From Verrucomicrobiota bacterium (GTDB lineage: Bacteria > Verrucomicrobiota > Verrucomicrobiia > Limisphaerales > SXQI01): a stretch of DNA of 25,567 nt. Below the pieces are notes generated by a model. It was given only the letters and a program-made list of their open reading frames with translations, made no database searches and had not been told where the DNA came from. The position numbers and the translations under genes are program-made. The stretch lies in NCBI GenBank assembly GCA_033762115.1, contig JANRLX010000049.1, forward strand, positions 1-25,567, read 5' to 3'. Positions 8,193 through 16,883 of this stretch are shown here, piece after piece. How positions within the stretch are numbered: the first letter of the stretch is position 1; each line of letters starts with the position of its first letter.

Positions 8193-8984
8193 ATGAAAAC
8201 ATTTGCAGATTCGCCCGGTTCCACAGGTAACACAACACATTTTCGGCATTCGAGAGCGGCTTTTACCCTGATCGAACTTTTGGTTGTGATCGCGATCATT
8301 GCGATTCTTGCGAGCATGCTGTTGCCTGCATTGTCAAAAGCGAAGGCAAAAGGGCAGCAAACGCGCTGCCTGAACAACCTGCGGCAGATCGGAATTTCGC
8401 TCCAGATGTATTTGCAGGACCACAGCAAGTATCCAGGACATTACCAGGTTGCCGGGAACCAGATTGTTTATCCACCGCGCCTGTTGAGTGGGGTTTCCTC
8501 AAACCTGGATGTGTGGAACTGCCCGGCAGAAAAGCCGCGTTTTTACTATACCAATAATCCCACCACCGGCCGTCCGATCACGGTGACGCCGACGACCGGT
8601 TTTTGTTACGGGTATAATGACTGGGGTGGAGTTTCGGAATTTACGGAACCGTACCAGGGATTGGGAGCGGACATTGTTGCAGGGGGAACGAAGCCGTGGG
8701 AAAAAGAGGTTTCTGAATCGCACGTGAAAAATCCCACAGACATGATCTGCCTGACGGACAGCAAATCGGATGCGAGCTGGGACACAGCGGTGGACCCGAA
8801 GGGAACAGCTCCGAGCCCAAACGGGGAGGACCCGGAGTGGCCATCGAGACGGCATTCAATGGGATCCAACGTGATGTTTTGTGATGGGCACGCGGAGTAT
8901 GCCAAGCAGAAGGACCTGGTTTCGAAGACTGAAAAATGGCGGAAACGATGGAACGCGGACAATACCCCGCGTTTAATCCAGTAA
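8193..8984 (+). CDS. Prepilin-type N-terminal cleavage/methylation protein with H-X9-DG C-terminal motif (DUF1559-like)
   Basis: [53 protein letters not shown]. Confidence 0.92.
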   Translation: MKTFADSPGSTGNTTHFRHSRAAFTLIELLVVIAIIAILASMLLPALSKAKAKGQQTRCLNNLRQIGISLQMYLQDHSKYPGHYQVAGNQIVYPPRLLSGVSSNLDVWNCPAEKPRFYYTNNPTTGRPITVTPTTGFCYGYNDWGGVSEFTEPYQGLGADIVAGGTKPWEKEVSESHVKNPTDMICLTDSKSDASWDTAVDPKGTAPSPNGEDPEWPSRRHSMGSNVMFCDGHAEYAKQKDLVSKTEKWRKRWNADNTPRLIQ

Positions 8985-9012
8985 CACGGACGCCTCCGGT
9001 GAAGCGCCCGTG
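8985..9012. terminator. Possible hairpin between convergent genes
   Basis: CACGG-ACGC...GCGC-CCGTG imperfect stem; no U-tract. Confidence 0.25.
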
Positions 9013-9021
9013 AACGGGAGG

Positions 9022-9603
9022 TTACATCGGTTGACTGGATTTGCCGGAAGAGTTCCGCAATTTCGGGCGAATTGATCCGCCGACTGCAGAAGTGTCCTCC
9101 TGGAGGAGGCGTTTTGAACGAGCTTCAGCGGACTGGTCTCCCTGCACATGGCGCCCATGAATTTCCCCACGCCAGGCACCGGTTTCCGCGCCGCGTGATT
9201 CGATGAATTGCTTGAAGCGTTGCAGGTCGCCCTCGATTTTGCTGGAGACGAGCCCCAGGGCATCGCCGATATTTTCGACCGCGCCTTCCGGATCGTAGTT
9301 GAGTTTCAGGTAAACCCGGGTCTGGTTTTCACCGAGTGACTCGAAGCGGACCTGGCCCGTGTTCATTGCGCCTGAAATGCTGCGCCAGGCGATGCGTTGA
9401 TCAGGGGTCTGGTCAAAAATCTCCGCGTCCCATTCCTTGATTTTGCCAGCGATTTTGGCACGCCAATGCAGGCGTTTGTCATCGAGTTGCCGGACAGATT
9501 CGACGCCGTCCATGAATTCAGGAAACTCCTCGAACTGGGTCCATTGGTTATAGACCATGCTGAGAGGGGCCTCCACGACGATTGATTTTTCAATGTGTTC
9601 CAT
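9022..9603 (-). CDS. SRPBCC (polyketide cyclase/dehydrase-like) family protein
   Basis: VYNQWTQFEEFPEFM, RIAWRS, DLQRFKQFIE...ETGAWRG; strong SD AAAGGAGG before ATG 9603. Confidence 0.9.
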   Translation of the reverse strand: MEHIEKSIVVEAPLSMVYNQWTQFEEFPEFMDGVESVRQLDDKRLHWRAKIAGKIKEWDAEIFDQTPDQRIAWRSISGAMNTGQVRFESLGENQTRVYLKLNYDPEGAVENIGDALGLVSSKIEGDLQRFKQFIESRGAETGAWRGEIHGRHVQGDQSAEARSKRLLQEDTSAVGGSIRPKLRNSSGKSSQPM

Positions 9604-9751
9604 AATTTCTCCTCCTTTGGAAAAACCGGTGCCAACGAGTGGTGGCCGGGCTTCCTGTAACAAAGTCGCCGTGGAAACGGAGACGTCAACTTAGACAAGA
9701 AAATATTCTTTGGACCCTCGCGCTGGAGAAGGGGTGGGTTAGGTTGTGGCC

Positions 9752-9916
9752 ATGAGAGGAAAAGAGAAGCGGAAAGAAGCTGAGGAGGAGGAGGGCGCCA
9801 GCGAGGCAAGAGAGCGGGCCGCGCATGAAACAGGGCGAGCACTTGGATTTTATGCGCGGGAGGTGAGCAAAAAGCTGCTCAGCCGCCCTGGGAAAAAGCG
9901 GGGAAAGAGTTATTGA
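9752..9916 (+). CDS. Possible 54-aa charged small protein
   Basis: Read by hand: MRGKEKRKEAEEEEGASEARERAAHETGRALGFYAREVSKKLLSRPGKKRGKSY*; fills the intergenic gap and is not in the ORF track. Confidence 0.35.
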   Translation: MRGKEKRKEAEEEEGASEARERAAHETGRALGFYAREVSKKLLSRPGKKRGKSY

Positions 9917-10863
9917 GCGACTGCCCGATAGAACCGGTGGGGCTGGTTGGCCACGGTATCATCCTCGAAGAGGAGGTAGGAGTTGGTGGGCATCAGATAG
10001 GTGCCGTGAGTGGGCCAGTCAACGAGGTTGGTGGTGTAATCGACGCGATAATTGATGCCGGGAGTGCCGAAGATGTAGAAGGTAAAATTTCCGGAGGTGT
10101 TGTGCCCGACAGCTTCGACATAGGCAGGGATTGAGGGGATGGATTCAGCGGTGACGGTGTAATTATCAAAAATCATGTAGTTGTCACCCGGCTGGTTGAT
10201 GTTGCGAATGAACCAGACGGCGTCCATGTCCCCGAAGTTGAGGATGGAATTTTTTGTGGTGATGGGAACGGCGGGAACGACAAGCACGTTATTAAAAAAG
10301 GCAACCCAGTAATTGCGTTGGAAATCCATCCAGATTTCCAGGTCGTAACTGCCGGTGTGGTCGAAACGAAAATTGGTGAAAACGAACTGGTCATCATCAA
10401 GCAGGTAGGAAATGTTGCCGGTGGAGGTTTCGAAATCGAGGGAGAAAAGGCGGGTACCAGCGGAATTGTAAGCGCTCCAGCGGAAGTCATCCTGCGCCTG
10501 GTTACTGGAGGGGACAATTTCCATTTCGACTTTGAATTTGACGATTTTTGCGCTGGCACCCGCTGGATTGTAGTTCACGGGACGCCAGACGGTGGTGAAA
10601 TCATTGGTGCTGGCGGGAGGGAGGTAAAAGCCGATGTAAGCCTGCTGTCCCTGGCCTACGAAAGCATTGGTCAGGATGCCTGCTTCGCCATCGCCGGAAG
10701 CGACCCACCCGCCCTGGTTGGCGAGGGTGAACTGGCGGTTGAATTCAGGGAATTCGAAGCCGGTTTGGTAAAGAACGGTGGAGGCGGCATTGGATTTTCC
10801 AGACAGGACCATGGTGACAAGCACCATCCAAGTGTAAAAAAGCCCCAAAAGTTTGTGATTCAT
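9910..10863 (-). CDS. Secreted beta-rich hypothetical protein
   Basis: Signal peptide, YQTGFE start of the mature region, MIFDNYTVT, C-terminal YTTNLVDW...RFYRAV tail. Confidence 0.8.
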   Translation of the reverse strand: MNHKLLGLFYTWMVLVTMVLSGKSNAASTVLYQTGFEFPEFNRQFTLANQGGWVASGDGEAGILTNAFVGQGQQAYIGFYLPPASTNDFTTVWRPVNYNPAGASAKIVKFKVEMEIVPSSNQAQDDFRWSAYNSAGTRLFSLDFETSTGNISYLLDDDQFVFTNFRFDHTGSYDLEIWMDFQRNYWVAFFNNVLVVPAVPITTKNSILNFGDMDAVWFIRNINQPGDNYMIFDNYTVTAESIPSIPAYVEAVGHNTSGNFTFYIFGTPGINYRVDYTTNLVDWPTHGTYLMPTNSYLLFEDDTVANQPHRFYRAVAQ

Positions 10864-10917
10864 TTAAATTTCCTCAGTAACGAGAATACAGCAATCGCAC
10901 AGCCGTTTCCATGCCTT

Positions 10918-13488
10918 TTATCGACGAGATGCAGGAACTGAGTCGGAGGAGGGGGCAGGAGCGGGCCGGACAGAGCCGGAAGGACGGCTTGAAGGGGCTG
11001 GCGCTGAATGGCTGGGCACAGCGACGGGAGGGCTGACCCTGGGGGAGGGGGCATAGGATTGGACCCGTTGGGGAGCCTGATGCTGAACCTGCGGCGCGGC
11101 TTGAACTGGCCGGGAATAAGTGGGAGCAGGTGAGACAGGCCGGGAATTCTGGATCTCTGGGGCGACGTATTGCCGTTGAACCGGAGCCGGAGCGGAGCGC
11201 GGGGTTTCAAACCGGGGGGTGCTCTGGACAGGAGCGGAGTAACGTGTCGCAGGGCGCGGTTCAGGACGGTGGACTGGCTGGGCCACCGGGGCAGGTCGGG
11301 ACTCGGCCGCGCCGGGCCATGAGGTCACGGGGCGTGATGACTGGGCTGGCGAGGGGGCAAATTGAGTTGTGGGGCGCACCTGTGGTTGAACTGCCGAAGT
11401 TACGGGAGTGGTCTGAACGGACTGGCGTGCGGGGGCGACTCCACCACCGCGAGAAGTGACGGTAATGGGCTGGTTCACAGCGGCGCCGCGCGCAGGTTCG
11501 ATGCGAGAGCCAAAGGTCCGGGTGGAGGTGGTGGGAGCAACGCTCTGGCGGGTTGGTTCAGATTGTCCACGAGGAGCAGGTTGCACGATCGAGGGAGCAG
11601 CGGGAGCGGGAGTGATTTGTGGCCGCGCCTGGGGACGTGCAGAAATTTGTGGTGTGGGCCGGGTTTCCGTCCTGGTGCCAGCTGTGCCGGTGGCAAAAAG
11701 ACCGGAGCCGACACGACCCGGCTCAGTGCGTGAGGGCACAGCGACAGGGGTGGAGGGTGAAACCGCGGAGTTCTGGCGATCCACTGATTGCACGGGGAGA
11801 GGCCGGGCGGAAATGGACGGAGCTGCAGAGGGTGTGGATGGAGTGGCGGCTGGAGCGGCCTGCCTGCTGATGGCACCGGCGGCAAGATCAGGACCACCCT
11901 TGCGAGTCTCCGAAGAGCCGCGAGCAGGGAATTGAGTGGCAGGCGTGGTGGCAGTGGCAGCAGCCTGAGGCAGGGGACGAGGACGAATTGAAGGGGTTGA
12001 CCCTGAGGCCCCGGGGTTGAGCGGAGTTGCTGCTCCGCCCTGCCGGTCCAGCCCGGAAACGTCAGGGCGGGCGGCGATGGTGGTGGCAGGGCCGGTTCCG
12101 AGAGTGCGGGCAGGAGCGGTCCTGCGAGCTTCAGCGCGGGCAGCGGTCAGGTCAGCGACCTGAAGTTGTTGCGCAGGAGGGGTGGGACGGTAAACGACGC
12201 TTTCGCCGCCTGCGCTGGCGATCTGATTGGGCCGGATTGTCCGGGCGTTGCCGGCATCGACATCACGAATGGAGACCTTGCGGATTTCCGTGCGGGAAGC
12301 GGTGGCGATGGTATCACGGCTGATGCCTTCGTTGATGATGGTGTTATTGTTGCCGACAATATAATTATTTATGACGGTGCTATCTTTATAGATTGTATTG
12401 TTCTGGTGGTAAGGGACGCGATGGCGCCATGGGCGCGGGTCGCAGAAACGGGCGGTTGGGACGAAGCAGTAGTCGGAGTAGCCCAGGCCAAACCCGAAGC
12501 TGACGGCAACACGGGAGTTATAGTAAGTGAAGCCGATCCCCGGGCGGTAGCAGGCGGCAGGGGGCAATGGAGCCCAGCCGCAGTAGCCGCGTGAATAGCG
12601 CCAGCTGACCCAGCTGGGACCCCAGGTGGTGTCAGGAATCCAAATCCATCCACGGCCGGGAGGGCATGCCCAGCGGCCATAGTGGAAGGGTGCCCAGCCC
12701 CAGCTGTAATCCGAGTGCCAGTACCAACCGGCATCACTATAAAGCCAGCGCCCGCGGTTGACATAAGGACGCCAGCCGGTGTCCACGACCGCAACTGTGG
12801 GTTGCCAGACGTAGCCGTATTCAGGCACTTCAACCCATGTGCCGTAAGGGGAGAGGGAGGAATAAAAATAACTGTAGGTGACCTGCTGGACAGGAGGCGC
12901 GGTGGCAATCACTTCAGTAGCTGAAGGTTGCTCACTGACTGTGGGAGCAGGTGTGGAAACAGCGCCAGGAATGGCAACATAATTGGTGGTGACTTCAACC
13001 TGGGGTTCCGGCGCAGGCTGGGGACCAGCAGGAGGAGTCGCGGCGATGGCATTGGTGGATGGGGAGAATGCTTCAAGAGATTTCCCTTCCTTGTTCAGCA
13101 TGGCGGCGAGTACTTCATCGGAGATGCCGAGGTCGGTCAGGTAAAGAATATCATCGGCATCGAGATCGAAGGCGTTCTCTGATTTTGCGATGAAGGCGAG
13201 AAGGACGGAATCTCCCACATTGGCCTGGGCAAGCTTGATGATTTCAAGGACAGGGGCGGAGAGGTCAACGGTTGGTGGGGGCACGGGTGCGGGTGCGGCG
13301 TTGATGATGGTTGTCTGGGTGTTGGCAACCGTGGCATTGGTTTGAGTCACACTGTTCGTGGCGGTGACGGTAGTGGAAACATCCGAGGGGGCAGCGGCAT
13401 CCCCGCCTTCCACTTCGCAACCTTGGAAGAGGATTGCTGCTGAAAGAATGGTTAAATATTGGAGAGCGCGGGTCAAAACTGGTTTCAT
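10918..13488 (-). CDS. Lipoprotein with Trp/Gly-rich DUF6600-like domain and long Pro/Ala/Thr/Arg-rich tail
   Basis: Lipobox-like LFQGC; LSPYGTWV..YGYVWQP..WRPY..GRW..WGWAPFHYGRW; low-complexity C-terminal half. ATG 13488 is supported by a promoter at 13502-13529. Confidence 0.8.
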   Translation of the reverse strand: MKPVLTRALQYLTILSAAILFQGCEVEGGDAAAPSDVSTTVTATNSVTQTNATVANTQTTIINAAPAPVPPPTVDLSAPVLEIIKLAQANVGDSVLLAFIAKSENAFDLDADDILYLTDLGISDEVLAAMLNKEGKSLEAFSPSTNAIAATPPAGPQPAPEPQVEVTTNYVAIPGAVSTPAPTVSEQPSATEVIATAPPVQQVTYSYFYSSLSPYGTWVEVPEYGYVWQPTVAVVDTGWRPYVNRGRWLYSDAGWYWHSDYSWGWAPFHYGRWACPPGRGWIWIPDTTWGPSWVSWRYSRGYCGWAPLPPAACYRPGIGFTYYNSRVAVSFGFGLGYSDYCFVPTARFCDPRPWRHRVPYHQNNTIYKDSTVINNYIVGNNNTIINEGISRDTIATASRTEIRKVSIRDVDAGNARTIRPNQIASAGGESVVYRPTPPAQQLQVADLTAARAEARRTAPARTLGTGPATTIAARPDVSGLDRQGGAATPLNPGASGSTPSIRPRPLPQAAATATTPATQFPARGSSETRKGGPDLAAGAISRQAAPAATPSTPSAAPSISARPLPVQSVDRQNSAVSPSTPVAVPSRTEPGRVGSGLFATGTAGTRTETRPTPQISARPQARPQITPAPAAPSIVQPAPRGQSEPTRQSVAPTTSTRTFGSRIEPARGAAVNQPITVTSRGGGVAPARQSVQTTPVTSAVQPQVRPTTQFAPSPAQSSRPVTSWPGAAESRPAPVAQPVHRPEPRPATRYSAPVQSTPRFETPRSAPAPVQRQYVAPEIQNSRPVSPAPTYSRPVQAAPQVQHQAPQRVQSYAPSPRVSPPVAVPSHSAPAPSSRPSGSVRPAPAPSSDSVPASRR

Positions 13489-13501
13489 GGCGAATCCTCG
13501 C

Positions 13502-13529
13502 AAAATACGTCGTTTTGAACGGCTGTCAA
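13502..13529 (-). promoter_or_regulatory. Putative sigma70 promoter
   Basis: TTGACA-N16-TATTTT, 13 nt upstream of ATG 13488. Confidence 0.55.
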
Positions 13530-13698
13530 AAGCAGTGAGCCCAGGAGTGGGAATGTTCCTTTCCTGTAGGTGAGCTGAACTGGGATTGCCTTTGTTCATC
13601 TGACGATTCTGATTGAGAACATTAATTTATCTTCATCAGGTTCGACGGGAATCCGGGCTGGATATTCAGGTTTCAGTGGTGGTGGTCAGGGGGTTTGG

Positions 13699-14457
13699 CT
13701 ACTTAACTGGGGAGAAATCAACCGCTTTGAGCATGATTGAAACGACTGATTTCGTTGGGGGACCTGCTTTATCGAGAGGTTTGACTGCTTCATTCCAGGC
13801 GGGGTCTGCATGGTAAGCAGCCTTGGCTTTGTTGATGGCGTCCACACTCGTGTGGGTCAGCATCATGAAGAAAGAGTCAGGCTGCCCGGGATCGGCTGAC
13901 TGCCAGTAACCGTAATTTGAGAGGCCGTGCTTGCTGAATAAAGCGGTGCGATGCTCCTTATAATTTTGGATATAATCGTTCATCCGACCGGGAGTGACAA
14001 TATAATGGCGAAATTCAAAAGTGCGGGACATTTGGATTGAGTTTGGAGCGGCCTCGGCCGGGAGGTCCAGTGGGTTCACCTTGAAGGTCTCGATCTTCTC
14101 GACGGTTGGTCCATGTTTTTGGGTGGATTCCGCATAAGCCTTTTTGAACTCAGGATCCTCGGCAAAAGCCTTCATTTTTGAAGCGAGAGATTCCTGCGAG
14201 GAATCGCTGAGCAAGTAGAGAAAGATCGGTTTTTCCGGAGTGAGGACATTCGTCCAGTAGCCAAGGGCGCGGATCTGATGTTTTTTGTACAAAGGCTCGA
14301 TTTTGTCCCGAAATCGTTCCAACACCGCCTCCAGTTTCCCTGGCACCACCTGATAGAGGCGGAATTCGGAATAGGGTGCAGGGGAATCTGCGGCGGAAAG
14401 TGGGGTAATGAAAGTGAACAACGTGAAAAGGAGAGCGAATAATGAGGTTGGACGCAT
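13699..14457 (-). CDS. Secreted NIPSNAP family protein (two domains)
   Basis: Signal peptide; two repeats of EFRxY...PG...F...KH....GYW...F/Y.ADP; ends DFSPVK. Confidence 0.85.
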   Translation of the reverse strand: MRPTSLFALLFTLFTFITPLSAADSPAPYSEFRLYQVVPGKLEAVLERFRDKIEPLYKKHQIRALGYWTNVLTPEKPIFLYLLSDSSQESLASKMKAFAEDPEFKKAYAESTQKHGPTVEKIETFKVNPLDLPAEAAPNSIQMSRTFEFRHYIVTPGRMNDYIQNYKEHRTALFSKHGLSNYGYWQSADPGQPDSFFMMLTHTSVDAINKAKAAYHADPAWNEAVKPLDKAGPPTKSVVSIMLKAVDFSPVK

Positions 14458-14499
14458 GAAGCATTGATAGCAAAGCTTTCGTGAGGTTGAAAGAAGCGT

Positions 14500-14528
14500 T
14501 TGCCGGGATCTGTTCTTTGAGGTAAGGT
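14500..14528 (+). promoter_or_regulatory. Putative sigma70 promoter
   Basis: TTGCCG-N17-TAAGGT, 12 nt before ATG 14541. Confidence 0.45.
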
Positions 14529-14540
14529 ATTCGCCGCTGT

Positions 14541-15383
14541 ATGCGCCTGACCATTTTCATTCTACCCCTGGTTTGCCTGTGCATGGGCAGTTCCCTGGTT
14601 GTGGCAGGGACGACGAATGGAATTCCTGCGGATGTGGCCATTGCGCAGGCCAAAGCCAAGGCAACAGCACCGATCCCGGGTCTTGATTTCGATGCGACGA
14701 CGAAGGAATACACCGCAAAACCGGGAGAGATGAATGCGGAGTTCACATTTGCGATGACCAACAGTTCGCCGAATGAAATCACGATCAACTCGGTGCGGAC
14801 ATCGTGCGGGTGCACGACAGCAAAATTGCCGCCGATGCCGTGGAAGCTGGCGCCTGGGACGAGTGGAGAGTTTTCGGTTTCCGCTGATTTGCGGGGGAAA
14901 TGGGGAACATTTTCAAAATTTGTGACGGTGGATACGAGCATGGGGACGAAATTGCTGAATGTGCGTGTGGAAATTCCAGGGGATGGGCCACGGCCCGGGA
15001 TGGATTCGAGAACGCGAAATATGCAACTGGCAATGGCGGACCGGCAGGTGGTGTTCAGGGGACAATGCGCAAGTTGCCATTCGACGCCAGCGGTCGGGAA
15101 GAAAGGGGAAGCGCTGTTCCAGGTGGCATGCGCGATCTGCCACGAAGCGCCTCACCGGGCGAGCATGGTGCCTGATTTGAAAGAGCCGAAGAACCCTCCC
15201 ACTGCAGAATATTGGCGGGCGTGGATCACTGCCGGAAGGGCTGGATCATTGATGCCTGCCTTTGCCCAGACTCAGGGAGGGCCATTGACGAATGAGCAGA
15301 TCGAATCGCTGGTTGAATATCTGACGCATTATTTTCCTCCGCGAAGTCCGACTGCCGAAGCGACTCCACGGGTGGATGATTAA
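14541..15383 (+). CDS. DUF1573 Ig-like domain fused to c-type cytochrome (two CxxCH)
   Basis: Signal peptide; F.MTN.....I..V.TSCGCT....LAPG (DUF1573); CASCH and CAICH; MPAF....GGPLT.EQI..LV.YL. Confidence 0.85.
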   Translation: MRLTIFILPLVCLCMGSSLVVAGTTNGIPADVAIAQAKAKATAPIPGLDFDATTKEYTAKPGEMNAEFTFAMTNSSPNEITINSVRTSCGCTTAKLPPMPWKLAPGTSGEFSVSADLRGKWGTFSKFVTVDTSMGTKLLNVRVEIPGDGPRPGMDSRTRNMQLAMADRQVVFRGQCASCHSTPAVGKKGEALFQVACAICHEAPHRASMVPDLKEPKNPPTAEYWRAWITAGRAGSLMPAFAQTQGGPLTNEQIESLVEYLTHYFPPRSPTAEATPRVDD

Positions 15384-15456
15384 GTCTGCGGGCTTAAGTC
15401 CAACTGTTGGGTTCCCGCACTTTTCCAACTGCCTTCCGCCAGCAATTCTCCAAAAA

Positions 15457-15482
15457 CAAAACCCGCTCGAAAGCGGGTTTTG
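15457..15482. terminator. Bidirectional intrinsic terminator
   Basis: CAAAACCCGCT-CGAA-AGCGGGTTTTG perfect stem between convergent genes. Confidence 0.85.
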
Positions 15483-15504
15483 CGAGTTCAATTTTTGATC
15501 TTTT

Positions 15505-16821
15505 TCAGACCACGACTGAAGTGCCAGGCATGGCGATGGGGTAGAATCCGTTCTCATCCGGAAGAACCTTTGGCTTGGCATCCCAGGAGAAATCGGTGGG
15601 CATGAGGTCGATTTCGGAATTGAGGGCCTTGTCCCATTCGATCATCTGGCCGGAGTAGGTGGCCATGCGGCCCATGATGGCAGTCAAGGTGCTTTTTGCG
15701 CCGTTGAATGCTTCGTTGAATTCCTTGTCGTTCCGGATGGCGTCAAAAAGGTCATCATGCTCCTGCTGATAAGGATCGCGTGGACGATCACCGCGGAAGC
15801 GCCAGGGGTTGTCACCGGTGATGGTGTGGCCGCCCACGTTACATTTGCCTTTCGTGCCGATGACATGTTCGGAAACGCTGTTCCAGCATCCCCGGATGTG
15901 GCGGCATTGGGAGAACATTTTGGAGCCGTCAGCATATTCGAACTCGACGGCATGGTGATCGTAAATTTCGCCGTAATCCTTGCCGGTGCGGACCTGGCGG
16001 CCACCGAGGCCCTGGGCTTTGACTGGGTAGGCGTTTTTGACCCAGTTGATGACGTCAAGATTATGGATGTGTTGCTCGTTGATATGATCGCCGCTCAGCC
16101 AGTTGAAGTAGTACCAATTACGCATCTGGTATTCCATTTCGGTCTGGCCAGGCTGGCGCGGCTTGACCCAAACACCACCGTCATTCCAGTAGCAATGGGA
16201 GGCCAGAATATCACCGATCTGGCCATCATGAAGGCGTTTGACCGTTGCGATATAGCCAAGCTGATGATGACGCTGGAGGCCGACGCCGACCTTTAATTTT
16301 TTCTTTTTGGCTTCTTCTGCCGCGGCGAGCACCTTGCGAACCCCGACTGCATCGACTGCGACGGGTTTTTCCATGAAGACGTGCTTGCCCTGGCGGACTG
16401 CTTCCTCGAAGTGGATTGGGCGAAAGCCGGGGGGCGTGGCGAGAATGACAACGTCAGCGAGTTCGATGGCTTTCTTGTAACCATCGAAGCCGACGAACTG
16501 GCGGTCTTCGGGGACATCGACCCGGTCCTTGGATTGGCGGAGCAGGTTATCGAGGCTGCCCTGGAGGCGGTCCTTAAAGGCGTCCGCGACGGCCACCAGT
16601 TTCACTTTGCCTTCAGTGGCGAGTGCCTGGGCAGCAGCGCCGGAGCCGCGGCCACCGCAGCCGACCAGAGCGAGCTTAAGTTCGTTTTCGTTGCCAGCGG
16701 CAAAAGCGCTGCGTTCAATGGAAAGGGCGCCAAGCATGGCACCGCCAACGACTGTGGAAGTGGCCTGGAGGAAACTGCGCCGGTTAACGCCACCTTGAGA
16801 AGGAGTATTGGGCTGATTCAT
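15505..16821 (-). CDS. Tat-exported Gfo/Idh/MocA family oxidoreductase
   Basis: NRRSFLQ twin-arginine signal, LVGCGGRGSGA Rossmann motif, VFMEKPVA, EQHIHNLD; ATG 16821 preferred. Confidence 0.92.
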   Translation of the reverse strand: MNQPNTPSQGGVNRRSFLQATSTVVGGAMLGALSIERSAFAAGNENELKLALVGCGGRGSGAAAQALATEGKVKLVAVADAFKDRLQGSLDNLLRQSKDRVDVPEDRQFVGFDGYKKAIELADVVILATPPGFRPIHFEEAVRQGKHVFMEKPVAVDAVGVRKVLAAAEEAKKKKLKVGVGLQRHHQLGYIATVKRLHDGQIGDILASHCYWNDGGVWVKPRQPGQTEMEYQMRNWYYFNWLSGDHINEQHIHNLDVINWVKNAYPVKAQGLGGRQVRTGKDYGEIYDHHAVEFEYADGSKMFSQCRHIRGCWNSVSEHVIGTKGKCNVGGHTITGDNPWRFRGDRPRDPYQQEHDDLFDAIRNDKEFNEAFNGAKSTLTAIMGRMATYSGQMIEWDKALNSEIDLMPTDFSWDAKPKVLPDENGFYPIAMPGTSVVV

Positions 16822-16883
16822 GGTTCTTTTAATTTTGGACGCGGCATTGTAGCCGCTATTCACGTCACAGGGATGCTGGCAGC

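Noticed and set aside
9618..9635. Sigma54-like TGGCAC-N5-TTTC upstream of the SRPBCC gene
   Set aside because: The conserved -12 GC is missing and the site overlaps the SD region too closely
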